43,872 nucleotides of DNA from an uncultured archaeon (GCA_903842985.1 CAIMOB010000004.1:1-43872), one strand, 5' to 3'; positions 1 through 9,612 are shown, counted from the first letter of the stretch. Translations and numbers: made by a program. Notes: generated from the letters alone by a model not told the origin.

Positions 1-804
1 GCCTCAACATCAGGCTTCACTGCCTATTTCAGCAACGGCCTGCTGCAGTCAACCCCAAAAATAAATTCATTTGCACTGAAAATAAACAACATTCCAATAA
101 GCACTGCCACAAACCAGTTTACAAACCAGATAATTGCCGGCCAGTATGCTGTGACAACCCAGGCAGTAAACAGCACATTTTATGTATTTAAGGGAAACCC
201 AGGAGTTTACGGAATAATCTCGCCTGCGATGCCGCTCCCGGCAAAACTGGAATTCAATATAAAAGGCTATGAAAGCTATTACATAAATGCGGTTAACAGC
301 GGTTCAGTGCCGTATCCTTCAGGCTGCAGGTCATTCACAAGCGACAGAATTATTTTCTACTCAAGCAACTCAAGCCTTCTTTTTGCATTTGACATGCCTG
401 CAAGCATAAGTTTCTGCGTGCAAAACACAACAATTGATGTGGACTTTGAATTTGCGCTATCCAGCCAGATGCTTTACAAAATAGTTGAATTCTCAGAAAG
501 CCACACAAATTATCAGAAATACCTGACTCCATACATTGCAGGATTCGGCGCAAGAGAAGTGCTTGAGGGAGTTTCAAAGATTAAATTATTAAACCTGACT
601 GTTTCAAATTATGACAGGATTGTGAACAGCTGGAAAGTTACAGATTTCCAGATAAATGCATACTATGCGGGCGGGAACATAACATTTGGAAACAGCCCTC
701 CACAATCAACAAATATTTATGTGAATGAATACAGGATATTCATCATTGACAAATTTGCAAACATGGAAAAAGTACTAATTAACATAAAGAGCTGGGCAAG
801 ATGA
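1..804 (+). CDS. 5'-truncated hypothetical secreted/pilin-associated protein
   Basis: Frame 1 is open from base 1 through the GTG at 151, so the true start lies upstream of the window. Rich in S/T/N/Y. The stop overlaps the ATG of the next pilin-like gene (ATGA). Confidence 0.7.
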   Translation, partial: ASTSGFTAYFSNGLLQSTPKINSFALKINNIPISTATNQFTNQIIAGQYAVTTQAVNSTFYVFKGNPGVYGIISPAMPLPAKLEFNIKGYESYYINAVNSGSVPYPSGCRSFTSDRIIFYSSNSSLLFAFDMPASISFCVQNTTIDVDFEFALSSQMLYKIVEFSESHTNYQKYLTPYIAGFGAREVLEGVSKIKLLNLTVSNYDRIVNSWKVTDFQINAYYAGGNITFGNSPPQSTNIYVNEYRIFIIDKFANMEKVLINIKSWAR

Positions 805-1175
805 ACAGAAAAGGATTCATGAAAATACTGGAGGCGTCTGCTGCGCTTCTGCTGACGTTTTTAGTCATAACCTTTGTGCTGCCGAAGACGGTTACAGTCA
901 CGAAGCCAAATCCAATGAGCGTGCTGGGTGTTTTGGAGCAGGACAAGGAATTCAGGGCCTGCGTTGTTGCCGGAAATTTTACATGCACAGAATATTTTAT
1001 CGCCGAGTATCTTGGGCCGAAATACAGCTTTGCTGTTGACATCTCTGAAAATATTAACACCCTAAGAACAAACCTGCCTGAAAAAGATGTTTATGTTGAC
1101 TCAATTTATATTTCAGGCAACATTACATCATACGCACCGAGGATGGTCAAGGTTTATTACTGGGAGAAGCGATAA
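801..1175 (+). CDS. class III signal peptide (archaeal type IV pilin-like) protein
   Basis: N-terminus MNRKG|FMKILEASAALLLTFLVITF: basic leader, KG|F prepilin-peptidase site, then a hydrophobic helix. Confidence 0.7.
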   Translation: MNRKGFMKILEASAALLLTFLVITFVLPKTVTVTKPNPMSVLGVLEQDKEFRACVVAGNFTCTEYFIAEYLGPKYSFAVDISENINTLRTNLPEKDVYVDSIYISGNITSYAPRMVKVYYWEKR

Positions 1176-1206
1176 CTTTAAAAACAAAAACACACTAAGA
1201 ATAATT

Positions 1207-1431
1207 ATGATAATAACAATAAACACAAAAGAGGATACGAAGGACGAAATCAAGCGCATAATAGCAATGCTGAGCCATATGATAAGCGAGCCTATGCAGA
1301 CATCAGCTCCTGATTTTGCTCCTCAGCCTTCTGACGGCATTTTTAATATCTTTGACCAGCCGGCTACACCGCCCCAGCCAACAACTGAAGATTCAGAAAA
1401 GCCTGGGAGGATGGAGATCTATGACTACTGA
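1207..1431 (+). CDS. small hypothetical protein (74 aa, acidic/Pro-rich tail)
   Basis: ATG at 1207 lies about 31 nt after TTTAAAAA at 1176. Contains a GGAGG SD for the next gene, and its stop overlaps that gene's start region. Confidence 0.6.
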   Translation: MIITINTKEDTKDEIKRIIAMLSHMISEPMQTSAPDFAPQPSDGIFNIFDQPATPPQPTTEDSEKPGRMEIYDY

Positions 1432-1885
1432 CCAAATAAAAAAGGATGTACAGCTTCTAAAGGATAGGCTTTTGGAGCGCAAGCCCGAGAAATTCTCAAG
1501 CAAGGACATTGCCAGGGCATTTTTCGGGGCGCTTGTAATAGGTGCAACGTTTGTGTTCACGAGCGGCCTGATATCTGTTGTAAAAAATATAACCTGGGTA
1601 AATGTATTCCTTGTGATAATCTCAACCATTGTTCTTCTTATCGCTGAAATATACTTCATAGGCTGGAGCAGGGTGAAAGGCGAAAAAGGCAGAAATGTCT
1701 ATGAGTTTACCCTTAAGAGGCTTCCAACATTTTATGTCATTTCAATTTTGGTTTCATTGTTCTATACATACATATTTGGCATAAACCATCTCGTCTCGCC
1801 AGCTGAAGCTACAAAGCTTATATTCTTGATAGCAATGCCCTGCTCGATAGGTGCAGCAATCGGGGACTTGCTTAAGAAGTATTAA
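1421..1885 (+). CDS. DUF2391-like integral membrane protein
   Basis: ATG 1421 follows GGAGGATGGAG. Four hydrophobic segments, KDIARAFFGA and a C-terminal GAAIGDLL. Paralog at 6038-6691. Confidence 0.6.
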   Translation: MTTDQIKKDVQLLKDRLLERKPEKFSSKDIARAFFGALVIGATFVFTSGLISVVKNITWVNVFLVIISTIVLLIAEIYFIGWSRVKGEKGRNVYEFTLKRLPTFYVISILVSLFYTYIFGINHLVSPAEATKLIFLIAMPCSIGAAIGDLLKKY

Positions 1886-1886
1886 A

Positions 1887-2294
1887 ATGAAATATGAATT
1901 TTTGGAGCATACTGCAGACGCAAAATTCAGGGCATATGGCAGGAATCTTGAAGAGTGCTTTGCAAACGCTGCAGAAGCGATGTCATCATTGATTGTAAAT
2001 CCTGAAAGTGTTTCTGCAAAAATCAGGAAATCCATAAGCATCACAGGCTCTGACCTTAAGTCGCTGCTCTACAATTTTCTTGAGCAGTTTCTTATACTCC
2101 TCGACACTGATTCATTCGTGCTCCACAAGGTTGAGAACATCAGCATAAATTCTGCAGGGAAAAAATATCTTCTAAGCGCAACGCTTGCCGGCGACAGCTC
2201 AGAAAACTACGAATTAGATACAGGAATAAAGGCAGTCACCTACAACGAGATGGAAGTCACTGAGAATCATGTCCAGGTTGTATTGGATCTTTGA
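1887..2294 (+). CDS. archease (RtcB tRNA-ligase activator)
   Basis: MKYEFLEHTAD...IKAVTY...VVLDL signature; true start is ATG 1887. Confidence 0.95.
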   Translation: MKYEFLEHTADAKFRAYGRNLEECFANAAEAMSSLIVNPESVSAKIRKSISITGSDLKSLLYNFLEQFLILLDTDSFVLHKVENISINSAGKKYLLSATLAGDSSENYELDTGIKAVTYNEMEVTENHVQVVLDL

Positions 2295-2991
2295 TTTCCT
2301 TCATAAACGAGATATAACCCTGTTTGTCTTCAAGCAGCATAATCTCCAATTCGACTTTGACCGGGCTTCCGTCAGCCCTATTAAACCTGTACGTTTCTAT
2401 GACGCGGGTTGTTTTGCCTTCCAATAACTCCATCATCTTGCTAACAAAGCCCTTGCTATCTTCAAAAGTGGGAAATAAGTTTATTGAAAATTCCCTAATA
2501 ACCTCTTCCCTATTTTTTCCGCTTATGCTCAATGCTTTTTCATTGACATGGTTTATGTACCCATTGCCATCAGCGATTGTAACACCTACTGGAAGAGACT
2601 CCAGTACAATGTCAAGATATTTTCCTTTGTTTATTTCCTTCTGCTCCAGGGTTTTCAAATTTGTGATGTCTGTTAAAAACAGCTGGACTGCTCCATCAAT
2701 GCAATAATCTTTTAAGAAATCCCCTTTAACAGCGCTTCTAACTTCATTATTCTCAATTTCAAATTCCAATGTTGATCTATCTGACTTTCCTTCTGCAATA
2801 TCTACGAGGCAATTTAAAATTTTTAAAACATCATTTTTTCCAGCCACATAACTTGACAGGCAGGGATTGCTGTCATCGAAGTTTAAAATGCGCCTGCCAG
2901 CATTGTTTATGTAAACTATTCTATAATGCCCATCAACCACTAAAAAAGGGGCTGGCAGGTTTTCTAAATATTTTTTGGTTTCTTCTTCCAT
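2257..2991 (-). CDS. stand-alone tandem PAS-domain protein
   Basis: Two PAS repeats (LENLPAPFLVVDGHYRIVYINNA; LESLPVGVTIADGNGYINHVNEKA...RADGS) with no output domain. Confidence 0.8.
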   Translation of the reverse strand: MEEETKKYLENLPAPFLVVDGHYRIVYINNAGRRILNFDDSNPCLSSYVAGKNDVLKILNCLVDIAEGKSDRSTLEFEIENNEVRSAVKGDFLKDYCIDGAVQLFLTDITNLKTLEQKEINKGKYLDIVLESLPVGVTIADGNGYINHVNEKALSISGKNREEVIREFSINLFPTFEDSKGFVSKMMELLEGKTTRVIETYRFNRADGSPVKVELEIMLLEDKQGYISFMKEIKDPIQPGHDSQ

Positions 2992-3062
2992 TTTAAGAAC
3001 AAGCGCAAATGCTTGTATTTGAAATTAAATAAGACTAAAAGACTTTTAAAACTTTCGAAAGC

Positions 3063-3362
3063 CTATTTAACCAACAATCCAGTGCATCTCCAGTTTATCT
3101 CTGCTGTCCTGTTGTCTGTGTGAATAACACATGCAGGATTGCAGCCTTCCTTCTGGATATTCAAGTCAATCCACCAGGTGTTTGTGCCTTCGTTGCAGAA
3201 ATGCATCTCTTTCAGCTTGTCGCCGCATTCGCTTGCCACAGCCAGCTGCTTGGCTTCTGCCAGCTTCATTCCCTTGCACATTTCATCTTGCGTCCCTGTT
3301 TTTGCGCAGCCTGCAAGCGCAACAATCAAAACTGCAGCCAAGATATAAATTATTCTTCTCAT
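3063..3362 (-). CDS. small Cys-rich lipoprotein
   Basis: Signal peptide ending in a LAG|C lipobox; six further Cys in a mature domain of about 80 aa. Confidence 0.7.
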   Translation of the reverse strand: MRRIIYILAAVLIVALAGCAKTGTQDEMCKGMKLAEAKQLAVASECGDKLKEMHFCNEGTNTWWIDLNIQKEGCNPACVIHTDNRTAEINWRCTGLLVK

Positions 3363-3365
3363 TTT

Positions 3366-3839
3366 TCACCCCAGTGTTGCAATCCAGTTCCCAATGTAAT
3401 ATGTTGCAACAATGACAATAATTGCAATCGCCAGATGCTCAAGAATTGCATATTGCGGCCTAATTCCCCTTTGCCTGGCGAGGTAATAGCTAAAAATCGT
3501 TATCAAAGACAAGCCCCAGATAATGCTTATAAGGATTGCTGTTGAAAGCGAGAATAGCAGTACAGGCACTATGAAAGTAAGCGCAAAAAAAAGCTTTGAG
3601 AAAAATGTCGCAGCAGTAGACTCCCATATCTTCTTGCGCGAGTTCTTCAGCCCCGTCTCTTCAGAAAGATGAATGCCAAGCGAGTCAGACAACGCATCTG
3701 CAACTGCAATCATCAGTATTCCGCCAATAACAACGATTTTTGAATGGGTGCTCGAGTCAAGCCCGACAATCATGCCGAGTGTTGTTATTATCCCTGACGC
3801 AAGCCCGAAGCCAAGCCCCTTCTTGAATGAAACCCTCAC
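3366..3839 (-). CDS. VIT1/CCC1-like membrane protein
   Basis: FGLASGIITTLG..G, IAVADALSDSLGIHLSEE; five TM segments; GTG start overlaps the stop of the upstream gene. Confidence 0.8.
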   Translation of the reverse strand: MRVSFKKGLGFGLASGIITTLGMIVGLDSSTHSKIVVIGGILMIAVADALSDSLGIHLSEETGLKNSRKKIWESTAATFFSKLFFALTFIVPVLLFSLSTAILISIIWGLSLITIFSYYLARQRGIRPQYAILEHLAIAIIVIVATYYIGNWIATLG

Positions 3840-5656
3840 AGTGCAACCTCAACATTCCTATTGAATATCAGCGCATCAAGCAGGAGCTTTCCCAGCTTGT
3901 TTGTTTTGCCGACTTTTATCTCGCCTTTTTTCCCGACATTCATTGTTACAAGATATTCGCCGGCAACATAAATATTCACGTTCTTGTTCACAAGATTAGG
4001 ATCAACTTTTATAATAACATAGTTTCCTGACTCGAATAGCTCAAACCTTACATTCTTCTTTGGCATTTCCTCTGCTGGCTTTTCTTCCATCTCCCTGATA
4101 TCAAGTCCTATGCCGAGCTTTTCCTCTATTTTTTCTATATTCTGACCGCCCTTTCCTATGATTGAGGCAATAAATTTCTCAGGAACATAGACAATTGCCT
4201 TGTTTTCAGAGGCAACCTCAACCCTGACATTGTCTGCATATTTCTGGAGCTCATTTCTTATTGTTTTTGCAGCCAGCTCCTTCAGCGGAGTTCCCTTTTC
4301 AGTCTCCTGTACAGGAACCACTACAGTTTCCTCGCCGTAGCTGTAGATTTCAAACTCAAGCTTCCCTGTCTCAAAGTCAGATACAACAACAATCGGCCTT
4401 GCAAGGTCCGCTTCTGTCATTCCGCTCGGCACCTTTACCATCATTGCTACATTGAAAACCTTTGCAACTCCGCCGTTCTTTATGAAAACCACAGTGTCAA
4501 CAACATGGGGAATCATCCCGAGCTCTATCCTCCCAAGGAATCTCTGGATTGCATCTATTGCCTTTGTTGCGTGCACAACCCCAACCATTCCTACGCCGGA
4601 CAGCCTCAGGTCAGCGAATAATTTGAAGTCATCTGTGTTTCTCATCTCATCAAAAATAGTGTAATCAGGCCTTGAAAGCAATAAAATGTCATGGATTTCC
4701 TGCGGTGTTCCGTGGGAAATTGCGTACTGTGTTATGCTGTCAGGCAGCACCAAATCCCTCGGCGCTTCAACTGTCTTCACTATCTTGTTTTTATTTGCGT
4801 AATGTTCTGCAAGCGCCTGCGCAAAAGTGCTCTTTCCCATTCCAGGCGCGCCTGCAATCAAAACACCCTCTGCCTGCTCCTCTATCCTCTTTGCAAGTTT
4901 TTCAGAAATCTTGTAATCATCAATCTGCAGTTTCTTGATTGGCTTTACAGCAGTTATCTCCCAGCCGTCTGAGAAAGGCGGCCTTGTTATCACAATCCTG
5001 TACAATCCAAGCTGGACAATTGTTGAGCCCGGCCTGTCAATCTCTATGAAGCTGTCCCTTCTCATGTTAGCTTCCTCAATTATCTCCTTTGACATCTCCT
5101 TTATTTCTTCCTGCGTCAGCTTCTTAGCTTCTTTTTTAATGAACTCCCAGTTGCCCGGCACTCCAACCTTGGCAAACGGCGGCATGTTTTCCCTTAAATG
5201 CGCGCTCATTGTCCTTGCGTCAAAGAACCTTTCTAGCATCAATTTTCTCGGCTTTATCTCCAGCTCTATGAGAATAAACTTTATTCCCTTTGCATCCGCG
5301 ACCTTTGCCTGTACCTTGTCAGCTGTTATCAGCACTGCATCGTTCTCAAAGGCAAGCTCCCTTATCAGCGAGTCAATCTCGCCCATTTTCGCGTATTTTA
5401 TCTCAGCAGGCCTAGGCCTGTTTCCGCTGAATGAGAGTTTGAAATCAAGCTTTTTGGAAATCTCCCTCAGCCTGCTTATCTCCTCAAGCCCGATTGAGCC
5501 GATTGACTTGTTCATGTTCGCCTGGTGCTCAAGCTCTGCGACAATCGCCTCATGGATTATTATCTCATCTGTGGCAAGCTCCTTTTTCTCGAGCTTCTTT
5601 GACACAATCCCTTCAATAATGACAGAAGTGTCCGGGACAAGTTTTTCTGTTTTCAT
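3836..5656 (-). CDS. PINc/VapC family P-loop ATPase with KH domain (PINA-type)
   Basis: N-terminal PIN (VPDTSVII...LITAD), Walker A GAPGMGKST, FDEMR, GVVHAT, C-terminal KH GxxG (IIGKGG). Confidence 0.92.
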   Translation of the reverse strand: MKTEKLVPDTSVIIEGIVSKKLEKKELATDEIIIHEAIVAELEHQANMNKSIGSIGLEEISRLREISKKLDFKLSFSGNRPRPAEIKYAKMGEIDSLIRELAFENDAVLITADKVQAKVADAKGIKFILIELEIKPRKLMLERFFDARTMSAHLRENMPPFAKVGVPGNWEFIKKEAKKLTQEEIKEMSKEIIEEANMRRDSFIEIDRPGSTIVQLGLYRIVITRPPFSDGWEITAVKPIKKLQIDDYKISEKLAKRIEEQAEGVLIAGAPGMGKSTFAQALAEHYANKNKIVKTVEAPRDLVLPDSITQYAISHGTPQEIHDILLLSRPDYTIFDEMRNTDDFKLFADLRLSGVGMVGVVHATKAIDAIQRFLGRIELGMIPHVVDTVVFIKNGGVAKVFNVAMMVKVPSGMTEADLARPIVVVSDFETGKLEFEIYSYGEETVVVPVQETEKGTPLKELAAKTIRNELQKYADNVRVEVASENKAIVYVPEKFIASIIGKGGQNIEKIEEKLGIGLDIREMEEKPAEEMPKKNVRFELFESGNYVIIKVDPNLVNKNVNIYVAGEYLVTMNVGKKGEIKVGKTNKLGKLLLDALIFNRNVEVAL

Positions 5657-6045
5657 GCTGCCATCCTTTGTTTCTTAAGCGCATAAATTGCCGCTTCACA
5701 AAAGTTATTGAATTTCTGTATAGATATTTTTATGTTGTCAATCATCTGATTTTTTATAATTGTGGCCTTCTCCACTTCGTAAGTTTCAACACTTGTCTGG
5801 ATGTACTCCAATTGCTTAATCTGCCCAGTCAATTGGCTTTTGATAGCTTTGTATTCTTCTTTTTTAATCTGGCCTGCAATCAGGGATTCAATCTTTTTGC
5901 AGTTTATTTCAAGAATCTTAAGAACATTGTTCATTTTTTCATAATCCCTCTCATTGGTTGTTATGCTAATCAAAAAACCGCGCATAATGTTCATTTTGCC
6001 TGTCTCCCCTTTCATTATATCTTCTACAACTTCCATTTTACTCAC
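5653..6045 (-). CDS. hypothetical helical protein
   Basis: 130-aa ORF overlapping both neighbours in operon style; GGGTGA SD upstream. Confidence 0.65.
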   Translation of the reverse strand: MSKMEVVEDIMKGETGKMNIMRGFLISITTNERDYEKMNNVLKILEINCKKIESLIAGQIKKEEYKAIKSQLTGQIKQLEYIQTSVETYEVEKATIIKNQMIDNIKISIQKFNNFCEAAIYALKKQRMAA

Positions 6046-6691
6046 CCTTCCCTATTAAATCCGCTGTGCATGCGCCCAGTATCGCTGTCAGCGTCACTGT
6101 TGCGACCTGCTTAAAGCTTAGTATGAATGAATTCCCGAATTCCGGATGGAAAAAGTAAAGCACCAGGATAGCCATTAAAATTGAGGTTATGTATAGGACA
6201 ATTAGCCTTATCGGAAGGAATGCAAGCACCTTGACATCCTTTATTTTCCTGAAGCCAGTTACATAAAGGAAAACAGCGCCGATTATGAATGAGAGCAGAT
6301 AAAGCACCGAAGCCCTTACCATGTCCAGTTTTTCAGCAACCTCAATTCCATAAAGAAATGTGTAATGCGCAACCGAGCCAAAGAAAGCGCCGACAGCGCC
6401 TCTTGCAATGTCCTTATATGTTATTTTTCTCAGGGGATGTGTTTCAGTCTGCTTCTCTATTTCCTTCTCAAGCCTTTCAAGCTTCTTAAGTTCAGAAAGC
6501 TCCTCTTCTGTTTCGCCTTCAACCTTTTTTTCTTCAGCCAGCTCCTCTCCTTCCTCTTCCAGAACATTCTTTTCTTCTCTTTCTACGTTCTTTTCCTCTT
6601 TCAGTATCTTTCTTTGGCCTGTCAGAATTACATCAAGCTTATTGTTAATATCACCTAGGCTTGGTTTTTTTCCTCTTTTTTTCTTAGCCAT
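6038..6691 (-). CDS. DUF2391-like membrane protein with N-terminal charged coiled coil
   Basis: E/K-rich coil followed by KDIARGAVGAFFG and four TM segments ending GACTADLIG. Start may alternatively be 6703. Confidence 0.6.
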   Translation of the reverse strand: MAKKKRGKKPSLGDINNKLDVILTGQRKILKEEKNVEREEKNVLEEEGEELAEEKKVEGETEEELSELKKLERLEKEIEKQTETHPLRKITYKDIARGAVGAFFGSVAHYTFLYGIEVAEKLDMVRASVLYLLSFIIGAVFLYVTGFRKIKDVKVLAFLPIRLIVLYITSILMAILVLYFFHPEFGNSFILSFKQVATVTLTAILGACTADLIGKGE

Positions 6692-6710
6692 ATATCCCTT
6701 CATATATTCT

Positions 6711-8690
6711 TTATTTAAAAACTTTGCTGATGCTTCTGCTTATTTTCCTGAAAAACATGCCTGTTTTCTGAAGCATATTAAGCCTGTTTAGATTAATTTC
6801 AAATTCAGCTGTTTGAGTGTACTCCCTGCTGTTTGAGTCAAAATACCTAACATTTATCTTGAAAATATTCTGCTTTGCATCAAGCTGGTTGCCGTTCATA
6901 TTCACAATAATCCGCTTGTCTGTCTCAATGTCGCTAAGGCTCCAGTGATTTTTTGAATCCTCAAAGACAAACTCAACATCTGCATTTTTGGGGAGGGAGG
7001 CAGATACTTTCTTTATTGAAAATGAAATATTAAAATCCCTGCCATAAGAGATATTTTTCGGGTAGTCTGGGTTTGCAATCTCTATCTTCGGTGTGTCAAG
7101 AACTTCAATCTGCACAGTCTTTCTCTTTAAGACATCTGTTCCAGATGCAGTGACATCAATCCTTATTGTACCTGTCTTATTAGTTTCAAGCGTGAAGTTT
7201 ATGTTTTTCTGCCTTGATATGCCCAGGTCAAATATCCCGCAGATATTCTCAAGGCACATGCTCAGATTCCTCATGAAGACATTCCCCTTGTTCTGCACTA
7301 TGCAGTCAATTGTCTTGTTCTCATAAACATAATAAGCGCTCTTTTCGGCGTAGCAGTCAATGAAGACATTCCTTGAATAGACTTTTGCAGTTTCTTCATT
7401 GAGACTTTTCAGGGTTGTTACCGCTTCCTCAAGCTTAATGGATTCAGCGTCAAAATTCGATTTGAAAGTCGCATTTGCAGACACTCCGCTGTCGCTGTAA
7501 ACAACAATGGGGAAGGTATATGCAAAGTCCCTGCTCAAATCATCTATCACACGCACCATCCAGAAGACGCTTTTCTTTTCATTTGGCTTCAGCACAATAG
7601 TCTTTTCAACTGCGTCGACATTCTCAATCTCATTTACTTTTGAAATCCCAACAGTTGTAGCAGCGTAATAATTTTCAAGGTTTTCAACAACAGCTTCTAT
7701 CGTATTGTAGGAGCCGAAGCTAACATCATCTTTTATCGGGCTCGCAGTTATTTTGATAAAATTCGCCTCCTTTGTGTAGTTGATGACTTCTGTCTTGAAC
7801 CTAAGCTTTTCAAAATCAACAGTAACATCCCTGCCGTACCACGCCAGCTGGGTTGACATCTCTTTTGCATCTTTGCTTATGCCTGCAACAATGTGCGTTG
7901 CATCGACATAGCCGAACTCGCCGTATGTTACGTCAAAAGGAACCCAGCCAGTGCCCGGAAAATAAACCTCTGCCCAGCCATGAGGCCCCCATTTCTCTGC
8001 AAATAGCTCAGAGTTTGTGTATGAAATGCCTGAGATGAATCTTGCCGGAATACCCAATGCGCGGTTTAATGCAATAAATAGGTTTGTAATTTCGTCGCAG
8101 ACGCCTTTCCTGTTGCTCAGCACCCAGGTTGCCTTCTGGCTTGCGCTTTCTGTCGCAGTTGTTATGTTGTATTCTATGTTGCTTTTCACCCACTCTGCAA
8201 GCTTTGTCTCCACAACAAACAAGTCGTCCTCGCCTTCAACAATCTGCGAAGCCAGCCCAATTATTCTTGGGTCGTCCGAATCAACCAATTCGCTTGGGCC
8301 CAGGAAGAACCCTGCGGGACCAGGGATAGCAGCTATTGGAAAGCTTGTCTTTTCTTTTATTTCTGCTCTCCTGCTGCTTGTCTTAACCACCGAATCAACC
8401 CTGTAATAATCAGTCATCTTTGGGTTTTTTATGTTGAAAATCAGGCGGTCGCCTACGGCTTCTGCATCCGGCGTTGTTGTTTGCTCAAGAACCTGCTGCT
8501 GCATCGTTTCCTTTGGGAAAAAACTTAGGTTGATGATTGCGTATTCAAGCGAGTAATCATCTTTCTGCGGAAGAATTGTCAGCGATGAGAATACCTCCTG
8601 CCTTGCAGTTATGCTGTCTGCGTAAGTAAAATCCTGAGCAGAAGCTAGCGGAAGCAACAGCAATAAAATCAACAGCGACGTTTTTTTCAT
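6711..8690 (-). CDS. secreted transglutaminase-like domain protein with Ig-like C-terminal region
   Basis: Signal peptide MKKTSLLILLLLLPLASA; intact Cys-His-Asp triad (GVCDEI, PHGWAE, PFDVT). Confidence 0.85.
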   Translation of the reverse strand: MKKTSLLILLLLLPLASAQDFTYADSITARQEVFSSLTILPQKDDYSLEYAIINLSFFPKETMQQQVLEQTTTPDAEAVGDRLIFNIKNPKMTDYYRVDSVVKTSSRRAEIKEKTSFPIAAIPGPAGFFLGPSELVDSDDPRIIGLASQIVEGEDDLFVVETKLAEWVKSNIEYNITTATESASQKATWVLSNRKGVCDEITNLFIALNRALGIPARFISGISYTNSELFAEKWGPHGWAEVYFPGTGWVPFDVTYGEFGYVDATHIVAGISKDAKEMSTQLAWYGRDVTVDFEKLRFKTEVINYTKEANFIKITASPIKDDVSFGSYNTIEAVVENLENYYAATTVGISKVNEIENVDAVEKTIVLKPNEKKSVFWMVRVIDDLSRDFAYTFPIVVYSDSGVSANATFKSNFDAESIKLEEAVTTLKSLNEETAKVYSRNVFIDCYAEKSAYYVYENKTIDCIVQNKGNVFMRNLSMCLENICGIFDLGISRQKNINFTLETNKTGTIRIDVTASGTDVLKRKTVQIEVLDTPKIEIANPDYPKNISYGRDFNISFSIKKVSASLPKNADVEFVFEDSKNHWSLSDIETDKRIIVNMNGNQLDAKQNIFKINVRYFDSNSREYTQTAEFEINLNRLNMLQKTGMFFRKISRSISKVFK

Positions 8691-9601
8691 AATATCTTTC
8701 CTTTTCTCACAATTGTCTTTTTTCCTGCAATTATTGTTGGATTGAGTATTATAACATCCTCATGGACAAGGCTCTTTCCCTTGCCGACGCCGCCGAATGC
8801 AATGTGGGCGGAGCCATATATTTTTTCGTCATGGATTATCTTTTTAATTATTCTTTTGTGCGCAGGGTTTGTCCCGATGCCGAACTCCGCAATCTTCAAT
8901 GCAGAATTTCCGCCTGATTTTTTTAGGTAGCTTATTATTGATTCTGCTTTCTTGTTCCAGCTGACTGCCCTGCTGTTTTTGATTATTATTTTTGCACCGC
9001 TTTGGCACACGCTTGAGAAATCTATGACTAAATTCCCGTTCACATCTTTCATGTCATAAGTGCAGATTTCGCCATAAGGAAAATTGTTTAATTCACCCTT
9101 CTTTGTTGAGTCACCGTCGTCTGACTTGAACTTTATCCCTCTTGTTATTTTAATGTCTGTTCCAGCAGGGCTTGTTATTTTGATATTCTTATGTTTGTTC
9201 AGGATTTTAATCAGCTTCTTGTTTATTTTCCTGATAGCTTTCTGGCTTGCATTTGCGCCCTTTAGAAAAAGCTTCTTGTCAACCTCAACAGCAGAAATAA
9301 TCCTCACCTTGTATTCTTTTTTTGCAAGCCTTGTTTCCGGAGAATGTGAAATGCTTTTGTCAGTTATTGCGACAATTGCGTCCGCATTTATGAATAATTT
9401 TTTTGCTTCTGGAATTGGAGAAGAATGCGCTCTTTTGTTTGTTATCTTCAGTGTTTTTAATTTCCCGCCTAATATCTCAACACCTTCGCAGACAGCCTTG
9501 AAAACAGGGCAGTTTTTCCTGTCCGTAACTACAATGACCATTTCCCCTCTTTTAAGTCCAAGGTTCTGCTTTAAGAGCTTCAGCGCCGCTTTTTTGAGCA
9601 T
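8687..9601 (-). CDS. M29-family (aminopeptidase T/leucyl aminopeptidase-like) metallopeptidase
   Basis: NFPYGE, IAEFGIGTN, HDEKIYGSAHIAFG, HED motifs. True start is ATG 9601, because the track's extension runs through tRNA-Ser. Confidence 0.75.
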   Translation of the reverse strand: MLKKAALKLLKQNLGLKRGEMVIVVTDRKNCPVFKAVCEGVEILGGKLKTLKITNKRAHSSPIPEAKKLFINADAIVAITDKSISHSPETRLAKKEYKVRIISAVEVDKKLFLKGANASQKAIRKINKKLIKILNKHKNIKITSPAGTDIKITRGIKFKSDDGDSTKKGELNNFPYGEICTYDMKDVNGNLVIDFSSVCQSGAKIIIKNSRAVSWNKKAESIISYLKKSGGNSALKIAEFGIGTNPAHKRIIKKIIHDEKIYGSAHIAFGGVGKGKSLVHEDVIILNPTIIAGKKTIVRKGKIL

Positions 9602-9612
9602 TTGAAAATGAA

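Noticed and set aside
3120-3545. Three overlapping plus-strand ORFs (3120, 3131, 3139)
   Set aside because: Shadows of the lipoprotein and VIT1 genes on the minus strand.
3836-5656. Pilus assembly ATPase (TadA/VirB11) for the pilins at the left edge
   Set aside because: The PIN-ATPase-KH architecture is the conserved archaeal PINA family, not a secretion ATPase.
4935-5678. 247-aa plus-strand ORF
   Set aside because: Antisense shadow of the PINA ATPase; S/F/L-rich with no motifs.
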